Origin: Octopus vulgaris
Lineage: Eukaryota
DNA length: 64,000 nucleotides
Reading direction: 5' to 3'
Assembly (NCBI GenBank): GCA_951406725.2
Contig: OX597824.1
Location: 28,458,001 to 28,522,000, forward strand
The position numbers and the translations under genes were made by a program. Positions within the stretch are counted from its first letter, which is position 1; every line of letters begins with the position of its first letter. Of this stretch, positions 40,451 through 52,770 are shown piece by piece. Below the pieces are notes generated by a model that saw nothing but the letters and a program-made list of their open reading frames with translations, did not search any database and was not told the DNA's origin.

Positions 40451-41244
40451 TATATACATATATACGCACACATATATGTACACGTATATATGTAACATAT
40501 ATATGCATACACACACACATCTGTATACATACATATATATGTACGTATGTATGTATGTATCTATGTATATATGTATTGATTTTGTCTTTTTCTTTAATTA
40601 ATATTTCATTCTTGGTCTGTTTCCTTTTCACCTGAAGTCATTTCTCGATGTTTAATCTCGAAGTAAATAGAATTCATTAAGATTCTAACGGAATTTTCTA
40701 TTGCTGAGCTTTTTCTCCTTCTTCTTCTTCTTCTTCTTCTTCTTCTTGGTCCTGATGTTGTTGTTACTGTTGTTTTAATAGCTGCCATCGTTACTATTTT
40801 CCTTATTGTTATTGTTATTATTGTTGTTGTTGTTGTCATTCTCTACTTTGATTGCTTGTTTGTTTGTTTGATTGATTAGTTTATTTGGTTACGTTCGTTA
40901 TTATTCTATTGTTGTTGTTGATTTTGTCTTTCGTCTTGTTGCTTATTGTTCACGAACAAATTACTGTATATTTGTAAACAAAAGACACAAAAATATATCT
41001 ATAGATTTCAAGATATAATTCTAATTTTGTTTGCATTAGAATATGTAATGGTGACAATAAGTGTATATGCGATATGTGTATGTACATACGTATCAATATA
41101 TATATACAATGTATATATATATTTATACATATCACTTTTATACATATATATATATATACACATATGTCAACAGAGGTATATGATTACCTATATATATATA
41201 TGTGTGTTTGTATGTGTGTGTGAGTGTGTGTTTGTGTGTGTATG

Positions 41245-41330
<86 letters not shown>

Positions 41331-41850
41331 TAGGTTTGTGCTAGGGGAGCGGTTGTATCTTTATAATTGAAGTATGTGCAGTCATCTCACCAGAACGATT
41401 TATTTCAAATGATATAATGATTTCAATTATTGTAGTCGCTTGAAACGGCCGTAATAAATTGATACCTGTACATATTTATTACACATTTATATTTTATTCA
41501 CATAACTTGGAATCTTCACTTCGGAAATTCTATAGAAGTTTTGTTTATACAAAGGACATGTCTGAATCACCAAAAGCTTGTTCAAAGCTATGCTATATCT
41601 GCTAATATAATCGGCGATGTCTTCATTGAAGAATCCTCTGCAACCGTCGACACTCGGCGGCAAGATGAGCTGAAACGGATCTCATTATCTCAAAGTGTGT
41701 ATGCATGTGACCGGGGATCACATGCGAACTTGTAGTATTCGCACTGAAACTTCGAACATGTCTCGTTGGTCGGAACCACCCTAACCAACCCAGGATGCTA
41801 GCCTCCGCTAGTACAAATAAATAAATAATATAAATAAATAATATATATAT

Positions 41851-42120
41851 ATGGAGACGCAATGGCCCAGCGGACTCGCGGTCGTAGGATCGCGGTTTCG
41901 ATTCCCAGACCGAGCGTTGTGTGTGTTTATTGAGCGAAAACACCTAAAGCTCCACGAGGCTCCGTCAGGGGGTGGTGATCCCTGCTTTACTCTTTCACCA
42001 CTCTTTCTTCTGTTGACCTGCTCGCTTAGCCAGTGGGGTGGCGTCATTCGAAGGGTAGAACAATGCGAACGCATTGTGACCAGCGATGTGTAGCAACATC
42101 TGATGGTCTGGTCGGTCACG

Positions 42121-42122
<2 letters not shown>
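41851..42122 (+). mobile_element. SINE with family-C head and a different 3' tail
   Basis: Matches C to ~42010, then ctgctcgcttagccag..gcattgtgaccagcgatgtg..ggtcacg-(TA)n. Confidence 0.75.
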
Positions 42123-42178
<56 letters not shown>

Positions 42179-42611
42179 TCCTTCGTTTAAAATAGTAAAA
42201 CGATATTACGCATATGAAGAGAACAAATATTGACACAATTGGTACAATATGGCTGTTCTAATTGTTGTTCATAAAATTTATATTTCAGTTTTATATTGCT
42301 ATAACACTTGTCTTCAGTAACAAAAGTGGGAAAATTTACATTTTTCTTACTGTATTATAGCACTTGTCTATTGAAATAAGGTACTTAATCCATTATATGA
42401 ATTCAGCCCTATAGAAGTTATTATAATAAAACCGATTACCTACTCGGTCTTAATTGATAGCTTTGTTAACTGTCGCTGCTGTAGAATTAGCTTTTGTTGA
42501 TATTGCTGATATATGTGTTAATGGTAAAAACGCCTCAAGCTTTATGTGTGTGTAATTAGTTGATATATATGACTGTATATAAATATATATATATATATAT
42601 ATATTCACACA

Positions 42612-43720
42612 CACAGGTTGGACAAAATAATGGAAACATAAAATTTCAAACAAATTTATTTTAATATATGATAGGACCGCCTTCGGAAGTACTTACATGA
42701 ATTCTACGAGGTATGGACTCGTACAAAGATTGAACTGTTATCCAAAGGAATTTTTCTCCATTCTTCAGCTAAAACAGTCTCCAGGTATTCATGTAGTGCT
42801 AATGATTGAGGATGTCAACTCCTTACTTGTTTTTTTCTCAAATGCACCATACATGTTGAACAATATTGGGATCTGGAGACTGTGGTGGCCAGATAAGATG
42901 TTCAACTTCACTAGAATGTTCCTCGTGCCATTCAGTAAAACTTTTAGCCGTGTGAATTGGTGCAACATCATCCTGAATGATTGCCTTTCCCCCCGGAAAC
43001 AGTTTCGCAACCATAGGATGAATTTGATCAGATAAAATGTTTAGTCTTGACTATTAAATCTGCCATGAAGTGAAACCATTGAGCCGGTGGATTTTCAAGA
43101 TCTAGCGCCCTCACCCACCCGATAATCACGTATCTTCCTCCATGTTTAACAGCTGAAAGAAAGTAGTCTCGATCAAATGCTTCTTTTCGCTGTATCTACA
43201 CGTATACGGGGCCGGTAGTCGGAAATAAGGTACAGGACGACTCGTCCGAGAAAATAACATTCTTCCACTGCTCTACGAACCAATTCTGTAGATTTCTATT
43301 TCATTCTACACGCTTTGTAACGTTTGTTTTTGGAAGTAGTGATTTTCTGATTGCAGCCCTCCCGTGAAATCCGGCTTTGTACAGCACCCGGCGCACAGTT
43401 TTTGTGGAAACTGGATCCTCGAGGTGGTTATTAAGCTCTGCAGTAATTTTGAGAGCTGTACATTTGTGATGCTTTCTAACAATTAGATTAAGAGTCCGAC
43501 GGTCCCTATCTGAAAGTTTTGGTTTCCTTCCGGAGTTTTCTTTCCACTAGATGGTTTTTCCCTCTTTTTCAAAGGCTGTCATTACTTTCGAGACAGTACT
43601 TCCTAATACACCAAAGATTTCAGGTGTTGTCGTTACGCAAGCGCTTGCCATACGAGCACCAACAATTTGACCACTGTCATTTTAATGAATTTTAATTAGC
43701 TTTTTCTGATAATATCTGGA
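42612..43720 (-). pseudogene. Tc1-family transposon remnant with transposase pseudogene (~42680-43672)
   Basis: GQIVGARMA..SGRKPKLSDRDRRTL; WKNVIFSDES; IQDDVAPIH; WPPQSPDPN; one TIR-like end cacaggttggacaaaataatggaaac; stops and frameshifts. Confidence 0.9.
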
Positions 43721-43870
43721 ATCGATTTTGTAATATTTTCCAGACTTATACACTCCATGATACCGTCGGTATCTACATATCAAATTTGAGCACAATCGGA
43801 TGGAGGATACACGAGATCCTACAAGACACACACACATACAGACAGACAGAACGGATTTTATATAAGAGAT
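43720..43870 (+). mobile_element. Possible Helitron/DINE-like non-autonomous fragment (similar layout at ~47170-47310)
   Basis: caaattt..aatcgg..(caga)n..ttttatataagagat layout, by recognition only. Confidence 0.35.
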
Positions 43871-44136
43871 ATAAGTTTATCAATTTGTGTTGCGAGATTG
43901 CTGATGTGAAGCCTTGTGTTGACACATTTATTGTTGTATTTCGCGATGTTAATTTTTTTCTGCCACCAAATAAACACATGCACTATGTGTATTTGTTCTA
44001 CACTCGTTTATTACTGTTCTTATTTTAACTGATGACCATTGTCCGGATATCCTTCGCCACATGTCTGTGACCTCTTCAACGACACTTTCTGTCCACGAGG
44101 AAAAGAGAAATGGCCGTTCCGAAATACAAGATGCAG

Positions 44137-44181
<45 letters not shown>

Positions 44182-44182
44182 T

Positions 44183-44865
44183 AGATAAGTTTCTTTATTG
44201 GCCACACAGGACTGCACACAGATGGGACAAGTTACAAGGTAGAGCTTTTCTTTTGGGGGAGGAAAAAACAAAAAAACAAAAGAAACCAAATAAAGGGGGG
44301 GCGTAGGTTTTCGATCAAGAAGGATCGTAAAAGGGAAGAAAAGAACAAAAAAATATAAATAAAAAAAATAAAAGAAAAAATAAAAAAAGAAAAAGAAAAA
44401 AAAGAAAAATCCTTGTGGCTATGGCGAAAGAATGTATCTGGTGGACGCGTCTGAAAGGATTGGACACAAACACTTTTCTCTCTGGTCAATCTCTCATCAA
44501 CTTCTTCAAGTACCACTTGAAAAGGAAAGTGAGAGTAGAGAGGCAAGTTTTGTCTAGCGAATGTTTTAAAAAAGATGGGTGAATGTAGCAAGGATGGCAC
44601 GTATGAATGACGAAGCCACCTTGAGCATAATCCTATGAACCCAGAAATTGAAAAGAGAGGGTTACCCACTTGCAAACAAATGTGGTAACATATAACAATA
44701 TTGACCAAGGTTACCGTGGTCGTTTTCGTAGGCTTTTCTTCCCACAGATAAACCTTACTTGCTTTCCCCTTTACACCATATATCATAACACTGTGATACA
44801 CGATCCCTATTGATCGTTTTTTTTTCCTCTTCTCCTTTTTTTCCCCTTTTTTTTCTTCTTTCTTC
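44183..44865. mobile_element. L1/Tx1-like LINE 3' end with inversion (ORF2 C-terminus 44409-44638 plus; terminal 3' UTR 44183-44405 minus)
   Basis: ILVAMAKECIWWTRLKG..KRKVRVERQVL..F.KRWVNV..* resembles Tx1-type ORF2 ends; aataaa on the minus strand followed by (tatc). Confidence 0.65.
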
Positions 44866-45459
44866 ATATATATATATATAGAGAGAGAGATAGATAGATA
44901 GATAGATAAAGAGAGAGAGGGAGGGGAGGTAGGAAGGAGATAGACAGACAGACAGAAAGACAAACAGATACATAGATAGAGGGAGGGAGGCAGGTGGAGA
45001 GTGAGAGAGAAATAGAGAGAGATATAGAAAAGAAGATGTATCTATTTATATTGGGTGCATGTGCTCGTATATTTCCTGTTTATATAGAATATTTTATGTG
45101 GTATTTTGAAAAATTCAGTTGCGTTATATAATCAAATATCTTTCTGTTGCGTGTGGCTGCTTTGGCAATTCCTGCCATTCACGTGACACTATGTTCTTCT
45201 ACTTTCCATATTTGTTCGTTATATTTATTTATTAATTCTTCCAATGTAGTTAACATTTTGCTATTTTTATTGAGTATCTTGTTGGTATATATATTATATT
45301 TCGTATGTGTGTATATTTCTTTGCTTGTTTTTTGTCATTTATTTTTTAGGGTTTCCATGTTTAGTATTATGCTATCGTTAACAATTTGCATAAAAGAAAG
45401 CGGGAAATTATTTATACATAATATAACACGAACGATAATGTGATGACGGAGAAGATTTA

Positions 45460-45507
<48 letters not shown>

Positions 45508-46399
45508 GATGGTGGTGGTGGTGATGGTGGTGGTGGTGGTGATAATGATATAATGGTAATAGTAATGACAATTATGAAGACAAAAATTAACTGCCCAAAG
45601 TTGCATTTGAAAAGCAAAAGCAATATTGAAATTATACACTCGCATTTCCATCTATCTAATCTATATACATGTGTGTGTGTGTGTGTTATGTGTACTTTGT
45701 TATACTTAGGTATGGTCACTTTCCTTTTGCCGAATAACCACATTCACTACACTAGCAAATATACCCATCTACGATGGAGGCATAAAATGAGGGAGGGAAG
45801 TCATAACAGCAGTATGTATTGAGAAATGTGTAAATGAACTTGATAGGTGACTGGGTGATGTCTTAGAGAAATCACATTATTGTTGATGATATAACATTCT
45901 ATTGCAGCTCTATGACATGTGTTTGTGACTAAGTGACATGTGATGACGATTCGCTTCCGAACTGAAATAGGCTTCCAGCCTCTCTATCATGAATGGTTGT
46001 GTAGACCACTCCTAACGAAAGCCAGAGCTTCCTACGACCACTACATAAACATTTTTTTAAAATGTTATTTAGATATACTTTATTTTAGTTGTTTACACTA
46101 TTTTACGCTTGTTTATACTCTTATACATTCAAAGTTCACAAATATCCTTCTTTAACTTAAGAATCGTATTCCTTTCGATAATATTAATATGATTACTAGA
46201 CTTCTTTGTAGACGATATTTTCTGTTTGGTCGGCACTAATTTTCAATTATTGGAGTCCGTTGCTCTTCTCGTAGAGACGTATAACTGACCGTGTGTAAAT
46301 ATACACCTACACGATCTAAAGTCTGGCCCTATGCCGTGTTTGCTGTGAATGCGTGAGCGAATCTTTAAGGTTGCAAAAAATCAAACTAAGACTTACCTC

Positions 46400-46900
46400 T
46401 CACTGTTCTATGCGAATAATGTCCGGATATATTCTTGTACCTTAAGTTATCTTGAGTGAGAAAACTGAGATGTAAACAACAGCCGCTTCGATTAGCTGTT
46501 TCGAATCCTGCTCGAGACTGATACACTTCACTTGTTGTTGGCATACTTTTGTCTCGGGAGACAATGGAGTTGCGCATAAACTAATCCAGTCCTCTCCAGC
46601 TTCCTCCCCAGTTTTGCGCATGATATAAGAAAATCCTGGGTAGCCCAATCGTCAGAATTCTTCTCACGACCTTGTTGACGTAGTCCAAAGGAGTGCATGC
46701 AGAGGATTACTTTGGCACCAGCTTGGTTGCAGGAGCTGCCGGAAGAGTGTCGAGTCGACCACTAAACCGCCTACGGGGCTCCACTCCGGATTTCTTTGAA
46801 ATTTGCCTCCTTTCCGTAACGCTGGATAGGAACCCATACCGGGTACTGTCAGCCGGAGCCAGCTGAGATCGGGACTCGTGTCAGGCAGGGTCATCACTCC
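46400..46900 (-). mobile_element. RTE-like LINE 5' region remnant
   Basis: GC-richer block; cttccggcagctcctgcaaccaagctggtgccaaa..ctttggac resembles RTE 5' UTRs as recalled. Confidence 0.45.
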
Positions 46901-47359
46901 CTAAAGTAGGGAAGAAAATCGCTACCCACTACCTATAATACACTTCAATAACCACCAAATAATCAGACACACTATATGTTGGCACACACTTTTTCCAATT
47001 TATTTTCGCTATTAATCGTCCTTACGACCTCCTTCGTATCTACGATGAGGCCACGAACTATACGAGGAAAATCTAGAGTTGCTCGTGATGGGTGATTTTG
47101 TGATAAAAATGCGAAGGTGGTTTATCAATTTAAACATTGATATCCCCGAAATGATCATACTTTCTGAATTTTTAATACTAAAAGCTTCCTGACGACCGTT
47201 TTTGCAATGCTGAAAAATATCGTAACTATTGGTCTAGCTGTCTGGTCGTGAAGAGGGAACATACAAATAGACGGACAATCAGACGGACATAACGCCCATT
47301 ATAGTAAGATAATGACTCTTTACTACAACTTTATTATTATTCCCATTTTAGTATCCTTT

Positions 47360-47490
47360 GTTAAATATTTCGTCACACATACGGCGACCTCTTCAGTGAC
47401 TCTCCATGGACTAAACAGGATATCAAGAGTCACGTGGGATGGAGAGTCGCTGCAGAAGTCACGGGAGGTGCGATGATAGATTTGACGAAG
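47360..47490. ncRNA. Hammerhead-like motif with canonical core (minus, 47363-47400) in a small degenerate foldback
   Basis: Minus strand reads gtca-CTGAAGA-g-gtcgc-cgtatgt-gtgac-GAAA-ta-tt-taac. Confidence 0.5.
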
Positions 47491-47609
47491 TGCACTACAA
47501 TAAGAATAATGATACAGCTGATGTCAAGGACGAGTATATAGCAAAATTCAGTTTACGACGACAAAAAGGAAAAGAAGAGAAATGGTAAAAATATGGAGGC
47601 GAAAACAGA

Positions 47610-47925
47610 ATGTAGAAGAAGAAGGAGGAGGAGGAGGAGAAGAAGAACAAGAACAAGAACAAGAACAAGAAGAAGAAGGAGGAGGAGGAGGAGGAGGAGG
47701 AGGAGTGGGAGTGAGACAAGAAGAAGAAAAAGTAGAACACAAGAACAAGAAAAACAAGAACAAGAAGAGAAAGAAGAACAAAAAGAAGAACAAAAAGAAG
47801 AAGAAGAAGAAGAAGAAGAAGAAGGAGAAGAAGAAGAAGGAGAAGAAGTACAAGAACAAGAACAAGATGAGAAAGGAGAAGAAAAAGAACAACAACAAGT
47901 GAAAGAAGACAAATAATAATAATAA

Positions 47926-47956
<31 letters not shown>

Positions 47957-48582
47957 AAGAAAAAGAAGAAGAAGAAGAAGAGGAAGATGAAGGAGAAGAA
48001 GAAGAAGAAGAAGAAGAAGAAGAAGGAAAAGAAGAAGGAGAAGAAGAAGGAAAAGAAGAAGGAGAAGAAGAAGGAAAAAAAGAAGGAGAAGAAGAAGGAA
48101 AAGAAGACAAACAAGAAGACAAACAAGAACAAGAGGAACAAGAAAATGCAGCAGAAGAAAACAGGGCTGGCGGAGGAGGAGAAGGAAGAGGACGAGGAGG
48201 AGAGTAAATGGAAGAGAAAAATTAAAGTGGTAGAAAGAGGTGGAGGGAGAAAAGACAAAAGAGAAAGGAGAGAAAAAGGTTGATGTAGAAGATGAGGAAA
48301 AGAAGAATTTAAAAGATAGGAAGAAGGAAAAACTAGAAGAAAAGAGGAAGGAAAGGAAAGCCGAAAAATTAAGAAACTCTAAAGGAGATAGATGGTCAAA
48401 TGGTGCAATGGAAGGACAGCTACAAAAAAGGACGAAGAAGAAAATATAAAATATGAGAGAAAAACATTAAAACTGAAAGAAAGTGACAAAATCAAAAATT
48501 ACGAAGGAGGAGAAAAATTATGGAATATCTGGAATGTGTTAAAAATGGGTGAAAAGTTTTAGTAATAATGATAATAATAATG

Positions 48583-48613
<31 letters not shown>

Positions 48614-48685
48614 CAACAACAATAATAATAATGATAATAATAATAATAATAATAATGGCAATGATAATTATTATTATTATTATTA

Positions 48686-48717
<32 letters not shown>

Positions 48718-49097
48718 GTTATTGTTGTTGTTGTTGTTGTTGTCGTCGTCGTTGTTATTATTATTATAAGGAGGAGCGGCGAGAAGAGGTGGAGAAGGAG
48801 AGGGAGAAGGGGGTTGGGGGAAGGGAGGAGGTGTTGGTGGTGGTGGTGGTGCTGACGGAGCAGGAGGTGGAGGTAGGAGGGGGATGATGAAGAAGGAGGA
48901 GGAGGAGAACGAAGCAGAAGATGAAGAAGAAGAAAAAGAAGAAGAAGGAGGAGGAGGAGGAGAAAAAGAAGAAGAAGAAGAAGAAGAAGAAATAAGAAAC
49001 TGATGACAAAGAAGACGGAGGTGGAGGAGAGGAGGTGAAAATGAAAAAGAGGAGGCGGAGCGCAACAACAACAACAACAACAACAATAACAATAATG

Positions 49098-49160
<63 letters not shown>
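47610..49160. repeat. Long low-complexity region: GAA/GGA/CAAGAA, then AAT/AAC/ATT/GTT and GGT triplets
   Basis: Direct reading. Confidence 0.95.
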
Positions 49161-49162
<2 letters not shown>

Positions 49163-49706
49163 TGGTTACATTTCGTATAAATCTTTCAGATAAAACTTAA
49201 GTTTAGCAAGAAAACGGATTGCATGTTAGAAAATTGTGAACCCTGGCTGACCGAAAAGATTCTTCTTCTGAATACATATGACTTCCACACACATGTACAT
49301 ACATTGTGGCACTTTTCAGTGATGCTGTTGTTGCCGTAGATAATTTTTATTGTTGTTGCTATAAGCTTGTGTTTATTTTTTAAAAATTTCTTTTATTATA
49401 AATATATTTCATTTTTTCACTTTACGTTTTCAAGATAGTTGTTTAATTTTTTTTTTTTTAGCTTTCTGGCTGGTTTTTTTTTTTTGTATTTTCTGATTTC
49501 ATTTTGACATTTAAGATGGATGGTGTCCCAGCATGCAGTGGGCGGAAGAAAAGATAAAGAAACGGCGATTTATCTCCCTTATTTTCCTATCTTGATATAA
49601 ATGTTTTCCTTTTTTTTTGTTATTATTTGCTTTACTAATTTTGTTTTTATTCTTGTATGAATAAAAGAACTTTCATACGGATGCTTACAGACACTCCCTC
49701 AGTCAC

Positions 49707-49746
<40 letters not shown>

Positions 49747-49896
49747 TCAAATACACACACACATACACACCTATGTAATATAAAACATGCACAAACGCTT
49801 GTATATGTATCATGTATGCTTGTAAGCATGTGCGTGTAACCTGATGTAATTAAATTTAAAGCCAAATGAATATATCTCCCTTTGTCTCTCTTTTCC

Positions 49897-49987
<91 letters not shown>

Positions 49988-50673
49988 ATATGTCTGTATA
50001 TATATGTATATATATATATATATATACATATACACACACATATGTATGTATATATAAACGTATACACACACACATATTGGTGATTTTCGCTTTCTTTTCT
50101 TTTATTCATTTGTACATTCCTTTAGTGCAATTTTTTCTACATTTTCTTTGATAATTACTGATACTGTTGTTTTTGTTGTTATTGCTAATGTATTAATTCT
50201 CTATACATTAAAATATTATTCAATATAGATTTAAATAATGGAAATATAAATTGATTTATTTCCGCCTCTATCTTTCCATAGAAAAGAAAAATTCTGTCCT
50301 TTACGCTATCAAGTATAACAAGATTCTGTGGTGCTTCTTTTCTTTTTTAAAAGCATTGCAGATACGAAGATATTTTACAAAGACAACGTGAATACAATTT
50401 TGGAGTGAGCCAACGTCACAAAACTCTTTGTCATTTATTATTTTGCATTTGTACAAAAGCATATCAATATTATGTGTGCATTCCGGTGCGGAAAGATTTA
50501 GATGTTAGCTATGAAAAACGTAGGCTTTTGCCTCGATTTTGCAGGCATTAAAATTTGCTCTCTTTATATCAACACAACTTGGGATCCAAAGCCTATCGGA
50601 CCTTGGTTTATTGGAATTGTTCCTTCACTATCTGTGGATTCTCTCTTTGGTCCAAGAGTCTGCAAACAGTAGC

Positions 50674-50770
<97 letters not shown>

Positions 50771-51119
50771 GATAGACAGACAGACAGATAGATATAGCAA
50801 GGTCGTCTTTTAGTTTCCGTCTACCAAACTTACTAAGGCGAAGAGTTAGAAAAACAGAGGGGAGAGTGCTGTGTATTAAGTCTATAAAACTGTACTTAAA
50901 GTATATAAAGTGTATATAAAGTTCATTAAGTAATCATCGTATTCCAATTTCCTTCAATTTCCTTTCAATGATTGGCAGATGAGGGACTATTTTTTGATAC
51001 AAGCAAGACACAGGCTTCGCTTTCGCTTTTTTTTTTTTTATAAAATTCTCTGAAGTAAACCAAGACGTTTACCATTAATTCCGTGAAATGTTCACGGGTC
51101 CCGCTAATCCAAATAATTG

Positions 51120-51435
51120 GTGAACTCGCGTGGTCATGTGGATACGGTATTCCTCTCATAATCGTGTGTTCGATATCCCGCAGCGCTTTGTGTCCTTGAT
51201 CAAGACTCTTTATTTCATGTTGTCCCAGTTCACGCAGCTGGCAAAAATCAACTGTATCCGTATCTCAAATGGGCAGTCTTGCTTCATTTTGCCCCACGCT
51301 GAATCTCCCTGAGAACTACATTAAGTGTACGCATGTTTGAGCACTGCTCCGCGACTTGTACGTTAATCTGACGAGCAAGCTGTTATTCCATTGCATGGGT
51401 CAACTAGAATTCTCATCGTCGTAATTGACGGAATG
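51120..51435 (+). mobile_element. SINE family C', diverged
   Basis: gttcgatatccc B box, tgtgtccttgatcaagac and the shared tail. Confidence 0.65.
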
Positions 51436-51496
51436 TCAACTGACGCATATTTAGCACGTAATACTTTGTTTCATAACAAAGCACACCTGAAGTGAT

Positions 51497-52200
51497 ACAC
51501 TCACAAGGCTTTGGTCGGCCCCAGGCTATCGTAGAAGACATTTTACCAAGATGCTCTGCAATGAACTGAACCCAGAAACAGCCACACCTATTCTTTTCTT
51601 TTAGTCTTTTATTTTGTATTATTTGCTTCTGTCATTTCTCTGCGGCCATGCTGGAGCACCACCTTTAGTCAAACAAATCGATCCCAGGACTTACTCTGTC
51701 GGTTTCTTTCACTGAACCGCTAAGATACGGGGACGTAAACACACCAACATCAGTTGACATGCGATTGAGGGGTGGCAAACACAGATACACAAACATATAC
51801 ATACTCTTTTACTCTTTTACTTGTTTCAGTCATGTGACTTTGGCCATGCTGGAACACTGCATTTTAGTCGAGCAAATCGACCCCAGGACTTATTCTTTGT
51901 AAGCCTAGTCCTTATTCTATAGGTCTCTTTGGCCGAACCGCTAAGTTACGGGGACGTAAGCATACCAGCATCGGTTGTCAAACGATGTTGGGGGACAAAC
52001 ACAGACACACAAACATACATATATATGTATACATACATACGACTGGCTTCTTTCAGTTTCCGTCTATCAAATCCACTCACGAGGCTTTGGTCGGCCCGAG
52101 GCTATAGTAGAAGCCATTTGCCCAAGGTGCTACCCAGTGGGACTGAACCCTGAACCATGTTACTTACTCGTAAACATGTTACTTACCACAAAGCCACTCC
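51497..52200 (-). mobile_element. Tandem cluster of SINE A pieces (51497-51590, 51610-51800, near-full 51802-52200)
   Basis: Family similarity. Confidence 0.85.
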
Positions 52201-52466
52201 GATATTTTTTTTAATTTTCAAGAGTGTCATGAAATAATTTTATCACCACTATATAGCTATAAATTATTCAGACCCAGAACTGTATTATAAACACTTGGCG
52301 TTGACAGGAGCAGAAATTATGTACCGAAACTGAATAAAATTGCCAAAATATTATTTCTACGATATCACTGCGGAGATATACACACGCGCGCGCAAACAAA
52401 CATATGAATATATCATGTTATGTGTGTGTGTGTGTGTGTGTGTGTGTTTGTGTACATGTACGTGTG

Positions 52467-52511
<45 letters not shown>

Positions 52512-52550
52512 TATATATATATATATGAATAAGGATATATATATATGCAT

Positions 52551-52607
<57 letters not shown>

Positions 52608-52733
52608 AAGGATATATATATATATATATATATATGCATATATATATACTGCCAAACATGTGCTAATGGGACTGCGTGCGTTGTATTTTAATATCTTCCA
52701 ATGATGCACCAATGTCATTTGAGTGTATATATA

Positions 52734-52770
<37 letters not shown>

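Noticed and set aside
44232-44963. 243-aa minus-strand ORF
   Set aside because: Antisense of the LINE ORF end plus low-complexity flanks
47548-49092. Long poly-F/S/K/E/N ORFs
   Set aside because: Triplet low-complexity DNA open in several frames on both strands, with no splice or domain evidence
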